A stretch of 64,000 nucleotides of DNA from a virus. Under the pieces are notes generated by a model. That model searched no databases. It saw only the letters and a list, made by a program, of their open reading frames with translations, and was not told the DNA's origin. Positions 47,634 through 57,442 of this stretch are shown here, one piece after another. The position numbers were made by a program, and so were the translations under genes. The stretch is from positions 32,001 to 96,000 of IMG/VR virus record IMGVR_UViG_3300027804_000050. The stretch is one strand, 5' to 3'. Position 1 is the first letter of the stretch, and every line of letters starts with the position of its first letter.

Positions 47634-48973
47634 TGTGTAGTATATTGATAACTAATAAAAAAATTGAAGATCTTGATTCAGTAAATAAATATTTAAAATT
47701 ACGAGGTCCAGATTATACCAATCAACTTAGTTTAAACGGAATTAATTTTATTCATAATTTGCTTCACATGACAGGTGACTTCAAAACTCAACCGTTCATT
47801 GATGGGGATACTGTTTGTTTGTTTAATGGAGAAATATACAATTACAAATCTTTCGGTGATTTTTCAACTGATGGAGAATGTCTAATTCCATTATACAAGC
47901 AGTTTGGAACAAATTTTATTAAACAATTAGATGGAGAATTTTGTTTAGTTTTAATTGATTTTAACAAAGATATTCTTTTATTTTCAACAGATGTTTTTTC
48001 TACTAAGCCGTTGTGGTATTCTATTGATAATGATGATTTCGGAATAGCTTCTTATGAATCCGCACTACAAAAACTAAATTTTAAAAACATAAAAAAATTA
48101 AAAGCAAATACTACTCAAATTAGAAAATTATCTGAATTAAATTTCTCGGTATGGTATCAGTCCGTATATGAGTTTTTTTTATCTCAGTACAAGAATACTT
48201 ACGATGATTGGACATCTGCTTTTAAAAAATCAATTAAAAAAAGATATGTTACTAGCAATCAAAAAGTTTTTATAGGACTTAGTAGTGGATATGACTCTGG
48301 TGCCATTTGCTGTGAATTATTAGAGCAAAAAGTTGATTTTCACGCATATAGTGTATTAGGAAGAGAGAATCCTAATATATTACGACAACGACATGACTTA
48401 ATAAAATCTCCCGCTCAAGGGTTTATTTTCCGAGCATCTCAGGCAGACTATGCGAAAGCACAACTTCACCTGAGTGAAAATGTAGAAGAATTCAACTATA
48501 AAATATACTCCCAAAGTAGTGAATATAACGAATTTGGTTTAAGTGTAAAAAGAGATGGGGGATCTAATGGTTTGTCTTTTGTGTGTCAAAAAGCAAAAGA
48601 AAACGATAGAAAAATTTATTTGTCCGGTCAAGGAGCAGATGAGATTTGTTCTGATTATGGATTTAATGGGGTAAAAAAATACCCACATTCAAACTTTGGG
48701 GGATTGTTTCCTGAAAACCTATCTTCTATATTTCCTTGGGCCAGTTTCTATGAAAGTTCTCAGTTATCGTATCTGATGAAGGAAGAATACATATCTGGCT
48801 CATTTGGTTTAGAAGGTAGATATCCATTCTTGGATAAAGATCTTGTTCAAGAATTTTTGTGGTTGTCTGCGAATCTAAAAAACAAAAACTATAAGGCTCC
48901 GATTTATAATTACTTGACAGAACATAACTTTCCTTTTTCGAAGGAAGAAAAAATAGGATTTAGTTTATATTGA
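47633..48973 (+). CDS. Asparagine synthetase B-like glutamine amidotransferase
   Basis: N-terminal Cys2, RGPD, NGEIYN, SSGYDS, GQGADE, RYPFLD. Confidence 0.9.
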   Translation: MCSILITNKKIEDLDSVNKYLKLRGPDYTNQLSLNGINFIHNLLHMTGDFKTQPFIDGDTVCLFNGEIYNYKSFGDFSTDGECLIPLYKQFGTNFIKQLDGEFCLVLIDFNKDILLFSTDVFSTKPLWYSIDNDDFGIASYESALQKLNFKNIKKLKANTTQIRKLSELNFSVWYQSVYEFFLSQYKNTYDDWTSAFKKSIKKRYVTSNQKVFIGLSSGYDSGAICCELLEQKVDFHAYSVLGRENPNILRQRHDLIKSPAQGFIFRASQADYAKAQLHLSENVEEFNYKIYSQSSEYNEFGLSVKRDGGSNGLSFVCQKAKENDRKIYLSGQGADEICSDYGFNGVKKYPHSNFGGLFPENLSSIFPWASFYESSQLSYLMKEEYISGSFGLEGRYPFLDKDLVQEFLWLSANLKNKNYKAPIYNYLTEHNFPFSKEEKIGFSLY

Positions 48974-48993
48974 ATTTACGGAGTGGCATTGAT

Positions 48994-49833
48994 ATGAATA
49001 AATTATATATTCAGTGTGATGGTGGTTTTGGTAATAGATTCAATGTTCTATGTTTTGGTCTTTACTTGTCAAAAATTTTGAATTATTCTCCTGTGGTCGT
49101 CTGGCCCCTCAACAATTGGTGTGGAGCCTCTTTTTTTGATTTATTTGAAAAAGGGTCTTTACAATTTTGTGAAAGATCAAGTATTAATCTTGACAATACA
49201 ATCAACATAGTACATGAGAATCAATTTGAATTAAAAACATTCATTAACATAAATTCAATTATTAATATACAACAAATTCAAAACCTATGCCAAGGAAAAG
49301 ATATTTTTTACTTTAATAACTTAATTCCTTGGAGATTAGTTTCTGAATTTGATTCTTTTAAAAATACTATACTGGACATAAAGTTTAAAAAAGAAATAGT
49401 TGATGCAGCAAAAAGAATTATTTTAGAAAATTGTCAAACACAACCTTTTTTTGGCATACACATAAGAAAAACTGATTTTGGTGGTAGAAGTGATTCTGTA
49501 GAACCTCAATTGATGAGCATAGTTCAACAAAACTGTGAGCATAAATTTTTTATATGTTCAGACGACGAAATTACAGAAAACAAATTTTTACAAAATAAAA
49601 ATGTTTTTAGATATGAAAAACAGGACTATGTAAAAAAATTACTGGATGGTAGCTGGAATTCCACCATTGTGGATTCAAATAAAAACTCATTTGCTTTTAA
49701 TGTGGATAGATCAAAACAAAGTGTAGTAGATGCAGTAGTTGATCTATTGATATTATCTAAATCAACTATAATATCTCCAGATGTCGGAAGTACTTTCATG
49801 CATACCGCTAGATTATTAGGAAAGTGTTATTAA
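48994..49833 (+). CDS. Fucosyltransferase-like GT (GT11/GT23/NodZ-like)
   Basis: GGFGNR, GIHIRKTD, FICSDD, DLLILS...STF. Confidence 0.75.
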   Translation: MNKLYIQCDGGFGNRFNVLCFGLYLSKILNYSPVVVWPLNNWCGASFFDLFEKGSLQFCERSSINLDNTINIVHENQFELKTFININSIINIQQIQNLCQGKDIFYFNNLIPWRLVSEFDSFKNTILDIKFKKEIVDAAKRIILENCQTQPFFGIHIRKTDFGGRSDSVEPQLMSIVQQNCEHKFFICSDDEITENKFLQNKNVFRYEKQDYVKKLLDGSWNSTIVDSNKNSFAFNVDRSKQSVVDAVVDLLILSKSTIISPDVGSTFMHTARLLGKCY

Positions 49834-49837
49834 TTTT

Positions 49838-50647
49838 ATGAGCTTAGATCTACTAAAAAATTCAGAAGTTTTTACTCAAATTAATTTTGATTATCCGTTT
49901 GGAAAAAAGCATAATTCAATCAATTACAATTTGTCTAATTACTTTCATAAAGTTTATTCACAACATGGGGAAGATGGATTATTAAATTATTTATTTTCTA
50001 TTATTACTCCTAGAAAAAAATATTATGTAGATTTTGGTGCTGCTGATGGACATTTTTTAGCGAATACTAAATTTTTAAGAGAACATCTTGGCTGGACAGG
50101 ATTGTTGATGGAAGGAGATCCTAATTTAGTAAACAGGTCTAATGGTTTGGTAAAACAAGAATTAGTGACCCCAGATAATATCATGAACTTATTTGAAAAA
50201 CATAATGTTCCTGAGGATTTTGATTTTTTGTCTATTGACATAGATGGTGATGACATTTATGTTTTTGATTCTATAGACACACAAAAATACAAACCGTCTG
50301 TAATCATTGCAGAATATAATCCGGGATTACCCAATCATTTACCTCTTGCAATAGAAAAAGGAAAATCGGATTATTTTATAAATCCACACTTACCAAAAAA
50401 TAAATATTTTCCCTGTTATCATGGGTGTAATATTAATGCTTGGTATACAATGTCTAAAAGAAAAGGATATACGATTATTACTACCTGTGGAGTTAATGTG
50501 GTCATGGTTAGAGATGACCATGTAAATAAATTTAATGTTCCATCATTAGAAGATTTAGTTTACCCACCATATTTTGTTAAGGAACAAGATAGATTTAACT
50601 TATTTTTAGAGTTAAATGATAATTACAGATGGAAAATAATATCGTAG
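49838..50647 (+). CDS. FkbM-like SAM methyltransferase
   Basis: YSQHGEDG, VDFGAADG, LSIDIDG, EYN. Confidence 0.75.
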   Translation: MSLDLLKNSEVFTQINFDYPFGKKHNSINYNLSNYFHKVYSQHGEDGLLNYLFSIITPRKKYYVDFGAADGHFLANTKFLREHLGWTGLLMEGDPNLVNRSNGLVKQELVTPDNIMNLFEKHNVPEDFDFLSIDIDGDDIYVFDSIDTQKYKPSVIIAEYNPGLPNHLPLAIEKGKSDYFINPHLPKNKYFPCYHGCNINAWYTMSKRKGYTIITTCGVNVVMVRDDHVNKFNVPSLEDLVYPPYFVKEQDRFNLFLELNDNYRWKIIS

Positions 50648-50663
50648 TTTTAAAGGAGTAACA

Positions 50664-51212
50664 ATGTATAATATTTATGGATCAACATTACCAATAGAAA
50701 CACTAAGTAAGTATATGTCTAGGGTATTCATAGAAACGGGTACGAATAATGCTCAAGGCGTTCGCACTGCGCTTCATTGTAATTTTGAAAAAATAATTTC
50801 AATAGAGATTGATTCTCAAAAACAGAAAAATAATGCGGAATCACTTAAAAAGGAAATAGTATCTGGAAAAGTTGATTTAATATCTGGGGATGTAATAGAT
50901 TATTTTCCAAAAGTTTTAGAGTCTTTAAATGATACGGCAACATTTTTCTTTGATGCTCATTGGGATTTTGGAGTTAAAGGTAAAACTGTATGCAGTCTAA
51001 ATTTTGAACTAGATGAATTAAAAAAACATCATATAAAAAATCACATAATTTTAATAGACGATAGAAGATGTTTTGGACCTAATCACCATTGGGGTTCAGA
51101 TATAAATGAATCTGTTATAATAAAAAAAATACTAGAAATAAATCCTAACTATACTGTAGTCTACGAAGACAACACTGTAGCCAAAAATGATCTAATTGTA
51201 GCATTTATATGA
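50664..51212 (+). CDS. Class I SAM methyltransferase-like protein
   Basis: FIETGT, SIEID, GD, FFDAH, IDD. Confidence 0.65.
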   Translation: MYNIYGSTLPIETLSKYMSRVFIETGTNNAQGVRTALHCNFEKIISIEIDSQKQKNNAESLKKEIVSGKVDLISGDVIDYFPKVLESLNDTATFFFDAHWDFGVKGKTVCSLNFELDELKKHHIKNHIILIDDRRCFGPNHHWGSDINESVIIKKILEINPNYTVVYEDNTVAKNDLIVAFI

Positions 51213-52180
51213 AAAAGAAAATACTAGTTTGTGGTGGTGGTGGATTCATAGGACATCATCTTGCTCGTAGACTTCACAACCAAGGACATACAGTCGTTGT
51301 TGCTGATATCAAAGATAAGAATGAATATATAGGAGCCGTCAGATTTTGCAAAAATTATGTATCAGTAGATCTTACAAAAGAATTAGCTTGGAAAGAATTG
51401 GATACTTTGTACAGGGGCTTCGATGAAGTATATCAATTAGCTGCTGATATGGGTGGAGCAGGCTACATCTTTACAGGCGAAAATGATTTTAATGTAATGA
51501 CTAATTCTGCCCAAATAAACTTAAACGCTGTTATATGGGCAGTGAAATGGAAAGCAAAAATTTTCTATTCATCTTCAGCTTGTATGTATCCTGCATATAA
51601 TCAAGAAGATCCAAACAATCCAAACTGCAAAGAAGATTCAGCGTACCCAGCAGCACCAGATTCAGAATACGGCTGGGAAAAGCTGTTCTCGGAACGCCTG
51701 TATTTAACAGCCAACAGAAACATGGGATTGGATGTTCGTATCGCCAGATTCCATAATATTTTTGGTCCAGAAGGAACTTGGAAGGGTGGCAAGGAAAAAG
51801 CCCCTGCTGCCATATGCAGAAAAGTTGCAGAAGCACAAAATGGCACTTCCATTGAAATTTGGGGGGACGGTTTACAAACTAGATCGTTCCTTTATATAGA
51901 TGAATGTGTGGATGGCGTCTTAAGATTGATGGAGTCAGATTTTATGGGGCCTGTCAATATAGGATCTGATGAAATGATAAGTATTAATGATTTAGCTAAA
52001 ATGACTATAAGCATATCAGGAAAAGACTTATCAATTAAAAATATACCCGGACCAGAAGGAGTTAGAGGAAGAAACAGTGATAACACCTTAATAAACTCCA
52101 AATTAAATTGGAAACCTTCTCAACCTTTAAAGGTTGGTATGCTAAAAACATATGATTGGATAAAAAATCAAATCTCTTAA
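51209..52180 (+). CDS. NAD-dependent epimerase, GDP-mannose 3,5-epimerase-like
   Basis: GGGGFIG, LAADMGG, SSACMYP, YGWEK, RFHNIFGPEGTWKGGKEKAPAA. Confidence 0.88.
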   Translation: MKKKILVCGGGGFIGHHLARRLHNQGHTVVVADIKDKNEYIGAVRFCKNYVSVDLTKELAWKELDTLYRGFDEVYQLAADMGGAGYIFTGENDFNVMTNSAQINLNAVIWAVKWKAKIFYSSSACMYPAYNQEDPNNPNCKEDSAYPAAPDSEYGWEKLFSERLYLTANRNMGLDVRIARFHNIFGPEGTWKGGKEKAPAAICRKVAEAQNGTSIEIWGDGLQTRSFLYIDECVDGVLRLMESDFMGPVNIGSDEMISINDLAKMTISISGKDLSIKNIPGPEGVRGRNSDNTLINSKLNWKPSQPLKVGMLKTYDWIKNQIS

Positions 52181-52188
52181 CTATCATA
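52181..52188 (+). promoter_or_regulatory. Putative leaderless promoter CTATCATA
   Basis: TATCAT 5 nt before the MazG ATG. Confidence 0.45.
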
Positions 52189-52192
52189 AAAC

Positions 52193-52525
52193 ATGGACTT
52201 TAACGAATATCAACAAAAAGCAAAACAATTCGCTATTTATAAAGATAAGATAGTATACCCCACATTAGGGCTGGCTTCCGAGGCTGGTGAGGTGTGTGGT
52301 AAAATTAAAAAGATTATGCGAGATACAGACGGTATTCATAATCTGAAATATAAATATGATAGAGTGTTAGAGATAAAATCTGAGCTAGGGGATGTCCTCT
52401 GGTATATCGCTAACATCGCAGAAGATTTGGATATTCCCCTGCAAGACATTGCAGAAGAGAATATAGGAAAGCTACAGGACCGAAAGGATCGAGACAAGAT
52501 CCAAGGATCTGGAGATAATAGGTGA
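52193..52525 (+). CDS. mazG: MazG-like nucleotide pyrophosphohydrolase
   Basis: LGLASEAGEV, ELGDVLWY, N..KL..R, GSGDNR. Confidence 0.9.
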   Translation: MDFNEYQQKAKQFAIYKDKIVYPTLGLASEAGEVCGKIKKIMRDTDGIHNLKYKYDRVLEIKSELGDVLWYIANIAEDLDIPLQDIAEENIGKLQDRKDRDKIQGSGDNR

Positions 52526-52528
52526 CTT

Positions 52529-53302
52529 ATGAAAAAATACTTACTCGCAGCACTTGCACTTTTACTAGTCGCAGTGCCTATCATTTACTCCCAAGCTAGA
52601 AGAAACCGTGTTGTAACCATTACACCACAGTCACACCCAGCTACTCCTGAGAATGGGTACGACTACGATTTCGACGATCTAACTGGTAGTCGAAACTGTT
52701 GGTTCTACTACGGTCAGGATGAGGAATGCGAAACCAAGTTTATTCGCTTCCCTGCTTATACAGGCACAGCCCCTCTTAAGGAAGTCAGGCTACACCTACG
52801 CTGGCACTTAAGCTATTCAGGTAAGTTTGAAAATATTTCTCCAACTCATACTTGGGGAGGCACTAATGCGTCCAATGATGGCATCAACCCCCTCAACGGA
52901 TTGCCTTGGGGGTTTAACTGGTATACTTGGAGTTGGAGCAATTTTGAAAGCGGAGCTATGGCTCCTCTAATTGCTCTGCCAAGTGTCACGATTGATGACT
53001 GCTATTATGGCGAAATCGCACCTTTCGATGGGACTTTAGATTATCAAGGCCCCAGTGGAAAGACTGCAATCGTGGAATGGGATCAATGTTTACAACCTAA
53101 CTATTGGACAGAAGGCATCAACATTATCCAACATCCTTTCTATCTACAACACTTCACTGATTCTGATGGTGTAGTTGGACTTACCTTTAAGTCAGGTGCA
53201 TTTGCACAGATAGAACATCCTTTGGGTGATGCTGGTATGCCATACGAGTACTTTACATATTGGGATATTCGTTTGGACAGAATCGAATACATAACATATT
53301 GA
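52529..53302 (+). CDS. Secreted protein, choice-of-anchor-E-like
   Basis: Signal peptide; FDGTLDYQGPSG motif. Confidence 0.5.
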   Translation: MKKYLLAALALLLVAVPIIYSQARRNRVVTITPQSHPATPENGYDYDFDDLTGSRNCWFYYGQDEECETKFIRFPAYTGTAPLKEVRLHLRWHLSYSGKFENISPTHTWGGTNASNDGINPLNGLPWGFNWYTWSWSNFESGAMAPLIALPSVTIDDCYYGEIAPFDGTLDYQGPSGKTAIVEWDQCLQPNYWTEGINIIQHPFYLQHFTDSDGVVGLTFKSGAFAQIEHPLGDAGMPYEYFTYWDIRLDRIEYITY

Positions 53303-53319
53303 TATAATTGCAAAAAATT

Positions 53320-53357
53320 ACTCCTACCAACTTTAATAGGTTGGTAGGAGTTTTTTT
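53320..53357 (+). terminator. Intrinsic terminator
   Basis: ACTCCTACCAAC/GTTGGTAGGAGT plus T run. Confidence 0.85.
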
Positions 53358-53744
53358 ATGGATGATGTACCGCCGCCGATGCGTGTGGCAAAAAAGCAAG
53401 CGCATAAGTCTAGGTCTAGGTTTAAAATAGGTGCTGTGATTGCCAAAGGAAACAGGATCCTTGTAGCGGCACATAACATTATGAAAACTCACCCTGAGTT
53501 TGGTTCAGGGAAATTCATGAACCTTCATGCGGAGGGTAATGCTATTTACAAGGCTGTAAGACAGGGGTTAGATCTAAGTGGTTCTACGATCTATATTTAT
53601 AGGAAAAATAACAATTTAGCTAAACCCTGCAAGTTTTGCCAAGCTTTAATTAAGAAATACGGAATCACAAATGTGGTTTACAGTGGAGATTTACATGGAT
53701 CAATCAGTAATAAAGAAACTAAAGACTGCCGGATTGCTGTCTGA
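53358..53744 (+). CDS. Zn-dependent cytidine/dCMP deaminase family protein
   Basis: IGAVI, HAE, PCKFC. Confidence 0.85.
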   Translation: MDDVPPPMRVAKKQAHKSRSRFKIGAVIAKGNRILVAAHNIMKTHPEFGSGKFMNLHAEGNAIYKAVRQGLDLSGSTIYIYRKNNNLAKPCKFCQALIKKYGITNVVYSGDLHGSISNKETKDCRIAV

Positions 53745-54684
53745 AACAACCACCGACTTAGGGTTTATTCCTACAGGTAGTTATGCGTTGAACAAAATCA
53801 TCTCTGGTGATTATTCTAAAGGCATACCTATTGGAATGATAACTCAAATTCATGGTGAGGCTTCTACAGCAAAAACTGTTTTTGCTACTCATATTTTAAG
53901 GGAAGCTCAAGCACTTAATCACTACACCATGCTCGTGGATAGTGAGAATGCATATAATCCAACTTTTGCTGAGAAGCTAGGCTTGGATCCCAAGAAGTTG
54001 ATTTACGCTGCTCCAGAAACCTTGGAGGAGTGCTTCAATGTTATAGAGGATACCATCAAGTCCATTAGGGAATCCGACAAGGATACTCCTATTGTGGTTG
54101 TATATGATAGTATTGCAGTATCCCCATCTAAAGCTGAGTATGAGGCAGAAGGCTACGAGGCAAATAATATGCAAGGGGCTGTAAGGGCCAAAGCCACAGG
54201 TTCTTGCTTAAGAAAGATAAATCCTTTGATGCGTAAGTACAAAGTAGCCTTGGTAATCATTAACCAAATTAGGAACAAGGTTGGTGTAATGTATGGTAGT
54301 CCAGACACGATGGCAGCAGGGGGCAAGTCCTTGGAGTACTACCTAGGTGTCAATCTTAAAACAGTATCTAATAAAACCTCCGATCTACTAAAAGATGAGG
54401 CTGGCAAAGTTGTAGGTATTAAAGGATCCATTAGGAACACTAAAAATAAAGTTAGTGTACCATTTAAGGAATGTGAATTTGAACTTATTTACAATGATGG
54501 GATAAATCCTTTTACAGGACTTTTACCTTTGCTTGAACAGGATAACTTAGTTCAAAGGGCTGGAGCATGGTATACTGTGGCTGGAACGGATAAAAAGTTC
54601 CAATCCAAGGATTTTATCGATATGCTTAGAAATCCTAAGGAACAAGCTTTCCAACAAATACGAGATTTAGTTAAAATTAACTAA
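53695..54684 (+). CDS. uvsX: RecA/UvsX recombinase
   Basis: IPTGS..LN, GEASTAKT, DSE, DSIA, INQIR, KNKV; GGAG RBS before 53695. Confidence 0.9.
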   Translation: MDQSVIKKLKTAGLLSETTTDLGFIPTGSYALNKIISGDYSKGIPIGMITQIHGEASTAKTVFATHILREAQALNHYTMLVDSENAYNPTFAEKLGLDPKKLIYAAPETLEECFNVIEDTIKSIRESDKDTPIVVVYDSIAVSPSKAEYEAEGYEANNMQGAVRAKATGSCLRKINPLMRKYKVALVIINQIRNKVGVMYGSPDTMAAGGKSLEYYLGVNLKTVSNKTSDLLKDEAGKVVGIKGSIRNTKNKVSVPFKECEFELIYNDGINPFTGLLPLLEQDNLVQRAGAWYTVAGTDKKFQSKDFIDMLRNPKEQAFQQIRDLVKIN

Positions 54685-54723
54685 ACTTATTAAAATGATG
54701 AACTATTATATTTATAAGGGACC

Positions 54724-54990
54724 ATGAAAGAACAAGATCTATACAATCAATTGGAAACCCTAATCGATTCTGCATTTAAGAACCTATATAAGGAGAAGAC
54801 TAATATGCAACCATCTCAGAAGACTCAAGTTAATGTTAACAGCAATACCGAAGCCACCAAGGCTAAGTACTCCAACATTCAGGAGTACACTCAAGCTACG
54901 GGCAAGCGTTTCCGTATGACCAAAGAGCAAACTCAGCGTGGCATTTCCCGTGAAGAAGCTTTTAGAGAATTTATGCAGCTATCTGACTGA
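54724..54990 (+). CDS. Hypothetical protein
   Basis: CTATTATA at 54703 and AGGG RBS. Confidence 0.6.
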   Translation: MKEQDLYNQLETLIDSAFKNLYKEKTNMQPSQKTQVNVNSNTEATKAKYSNIQEYTQATGKRFRMTKEQTQRGISREEAFREFMQLSD

Positions 54991-54991
54991 A

Positions 54992-55186
54992 ATGGGGAAG
55001 ACTTTCCGTAGAAACTCAGAGGACAGTTACAAATATGGTGGGAATAAAAGACCCAAACCAAAACCTAAGCGTCATCCACCTAAACATCAGTCTTCAGACT
55101 CAGGTGAAAAGGAATGGCGAAAAACCTTTGGGGAAATAAATGGAATACTGGAAGATGATAATGGAAAACACCCAGACAAGTCCTGA
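54992..55186 (+). CDS. Small basic hypothetical protein (MGKTFRR)
   Basis: Starts 1 nt after previous stop. Confidence 0.5.
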   Translation: MGKTFRRNSEDSYKYGGNKRPKPKPKRHPPKHQSSDSGEKEWRKTFGEINGILEDDNGKHPDKS

Positions 55187-55430
55187 ACCTCTAAACACTC
55201 AATTAATTTTTGAGTGGGAGCCAATAGATTTCAAAGTCCACGCCGATGATTTTACATTGCCCATGCCAATGTGGCAGTTCAATGATCTAGTAACATATTA
55301 TGTTCAAAAATCAATGGCTAAAGACCTAGATAATATAGAATGGAGTGCTAGTTATGGCTACGACATACATACCCAAGACCCCACACTTCGCACAGACGAA
55401 GATTCAGAAGATAGCCAAGAAGCTGATTGA
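55140..55430 (+). CDS. Hypothetical protein
   Basis: Open frame in operon. Confidence 0.45.
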   Translation: MEYWKMIMENTQTSPEPLNTQLIFEWEPIDFKVHADDFTLPMPMWQFNDLVTYYVQKSMAKDLDNIEWSASYGYDIHTQDPTLRTDEDSEDSQEAD

Positions 55431-55689
55431 AGAATCCGAAGAGGATCGTCAGTTAGCTTTAGATGCTCATCGTTATTTCAAAGAGCGAGTAGAAGAAAAT
55501 CCAGCAGACAATGTGTCAAAATCATTGATGGTGGACTGTCTTAAAGTAGCTCAAACATCGAAGCAGTACACCGTAAGGGTAATTACTTTGATGACAAAGA
55601 TGAACGAAGAGAATATGCCAGAAAGAACCAAGGCTAGTGGAAATACAACCTCTGTATTTTCAGAACTGGATAATATGGTAGATGAGTGA
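55354..55689 (+). CDS. Hypothetical helical protein
   Basis: GGAG before ATG 55354; overlaps next start. Confidence 0.55.
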   Translation: MATTYIPKTPHFAQTKIQKIAKKLIEESEEDRQLALDAHRYFKERVEENPADNVSKSLMVDCLKVAQTSKQYTVRVITLMTKMNEENMPERTKASGNTTSVFSELDNMVDE

Positions 55690-57190
55690 TAATAACACAT
55701 ATAAGTTGGTTTGTGAAGGTATTGATCTAGTTATCCCAGTAAAAGTTTTATCCTTGAAAGAGGAGCAAGAACTTTATGCTCAGATACGAGAGAAAATATC
55801 TAAAACAGAAACAGCTTTTGTATTTCACGAGTATAAGGAATACTTAGCCAAGAAGCTAATCATTGGATATGAAAATCTCTTGGCTGAGTATTCCGATGGC
55901 GAAGAATCGGATACATATCAATTGTTGATAGCCAATATGTACATGGCTATCACAGTTGCATATCCTCCTTTGTCATTGGACTTCGTATGCACTGATTTAA
56001 ATACTGAAAAGTTCATGCAAGCCACAGACTTGATGGAACCTTCTCAGTTTCTAAAGAACTTGGCAGCTAACCTCAAGACTAAGTTAGCCAAGGAAACAAA
56101 AAAGAAAATCGTTAAGCATAAGATAGTTGGCCCACAGGTTTTGAAGACCAAGGACAACTTTAGTAAGCTTGAATCTCAAATAAAAAATAACATCATCGGC
56201 CAAGATCACGCTGTTGATGTAGTAGTTAAGCATTTGAAACTAATGTCAACTGGCTTGACTCAGTTTTCTACATTGTTCTTTGTAGGCCCAACAGGTGTAG
56301 GCAAGACAGAACTATCCAAGATCATTGGAGAAAGATACAGTGGAAACTTTTTCAAAATTAACTGTGCGGAGTATGCAGGAGCACATGAATATGCCAAGTT
56401 GATAGGATCTCCACCGGGCTATGTTGGTCATACTGACAGGAGTCTCCTCAAGGAGAAGGCTGAGATATCTAACAAGTGGGTATTCTTGTTTGATGAAATA
56501 GAGAAAGCTGATGGCAAATTCCAAGACTTCTTACTATCTTTGTTGGATGATGGAACTTGCACCGATAACATGGGCAATGTATTGGATTTCAGCAAATCTT
56601 TGTTTATCTTTACATCTAATCAAGGGGTATCTGAAATTAAGTATGCTTCGATAGGATTTGGAAAGAGCGAACCCAGCAAGAAAGCCATACAAAGCACTAT
56701 CCTAGAATCTGTAAAGAAAAAGTTTAGCCCTGAATTCATGAACCGAATTGATGATGTAGTTTTCTTCAATTCGTTAAGCAGGGACGATGTTAGAAGCATT
56801 GTTAAATTAAAACTAAAATCCTACCCTGTTGAAATAACTGAGCAGTTGGTAGATTATGTGATTGATAATTCCTATTCATATGAATATGGAGCTAGGAATG
56901 TAGCTAGGTACATTAAAAATAATCTAGCTACACTTGTAGCAGATAGTATTCTTGAGGATAGCACCAAGAAAAAGAAGCAGTACAAGTTAGTATTCCCAAG
57001 TGGTAGACCTGAAGTTTTAAAATCACATGAAGAAAAAAAATCAACGCAAGAGAGTAACACGGGCGAGATACTGGAAGTTCATGTCGGGGGAGAGATTAAA
57101 ACTTCACCCAGACATGAAACTGGAGGAGAAGCAACTGGTTCTACAGTGCGCCTTAAAGACGCTGAAAGGCCAATATCCATCAATAAATAG
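55682..57190 (+). CDS. ClpA/ClpB-type AAA+ ATPase with a single (D2-like) domain
   Basis: IIGQD.AV, GPTGVGKTE, LIGSPPGYVG, FDEIEKA, PEFMNRID, YGAR. Confidence 0.88.
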   Translation: MSDNNTYKLVCEGIDLVIPVKVLSLKEEQELYAQIREKISKTETAFVFHEYKEYLAKKLIIGYENLLAEYSDGEESDTYQLLIANMYMAITVAYPPLSLDFVCTDLNTEKFMQATDLMEPSQFLKNLAANLKTKLAKETKKKIVKHKIVGPQVLKTKDNFSKLESQIKNNIIGQDHAVDVVVKHLKLMSTGLTQFSTLFFVGPTGVGKTELSKIIGERYSGNFFKINCAEYAGAHEYAKLIGSPPGYVGHTDRSLLKEKAEISNKWVFLFDEIEKADGKFQDFLLSLLDDGTCTDNMGNVLDFSKSLFIFTSNQGVSEIKYASIGFGKSEPSKKAIQSTILESVKKKFSPEFMNRIDDVVFFNSLSRDDVRSIVKLKLKSYPVEITEQLVDYVIDNSYSYEYGARNVARYIKNNLATLVADSILEDSTKKKKQYKLVFPSGRPEVLKSHEEKKSTQESNTGEILEVHVGGEIKTSPRHETGGEATGSTVRLKDAERPISINK

Positions 57191-57227
57191 ATTAAGTTTA
57201 ATTGACTGGATATTGGATAATATTTAA
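57027..57227 (+). CDS. Small basic hypothetical protein overlapping the ATPase tail
   Basis: Ends just before terminator. Confidence 0.4.
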   Translation: MKKKNQRKRVTRARYWKFMSGERLKLHPDMKLEEKQLVLQCALKTLKGQYPSINRLSLIDWILDNI

Positions 57228-57237
57228 TTTTTTAAAT

Positions 57238-57266
57238 AAAAAGCTCACAAAACAAGTGGGCTTTTT
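57238..57266 (+). terminator. Intrinsic terminator
   Basis: AAAAAGCTCAC...GTGGGCTTTTT. Confidence 0.65.
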
Positions 57267-57292
57267 ATCTATATAAAAGAGAGGTGTATTCT

Positions 57293-57442
57293 ATGGGATT
57301 AATTAAGAAGTATAGAGATGAGGCTAAAAAGGTAGAGACTGTCGTTGAGCCTGTTAAGCCTGTGGTTGAAGTTAAGATAGAGACTGAAACTAAGGAAGAC
57401 AAGCCTAAAACTCTTACGAAGAAAACTAAAAAGGAAGAATGA
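57293..57442 (+). CDS. 49-aa K/E-rich protein not in ORF track
   Basis: CTATATA at 57269, GAGGTG RBS, ATGA overlap with next gene. Confidence 0.6.
   Translation: MGLIKKYRDEAKKVETVVEPVKPVVEVKIETETKEDKPKTLTKKTKKEE

Noticed and set aside
47633-48973. Deazaguanine or dZ DNA modification pathway
   Set aside because: No folE/queD/queE/dpdA or purZ recognised; the AsnB-like gene sits among glycan genes
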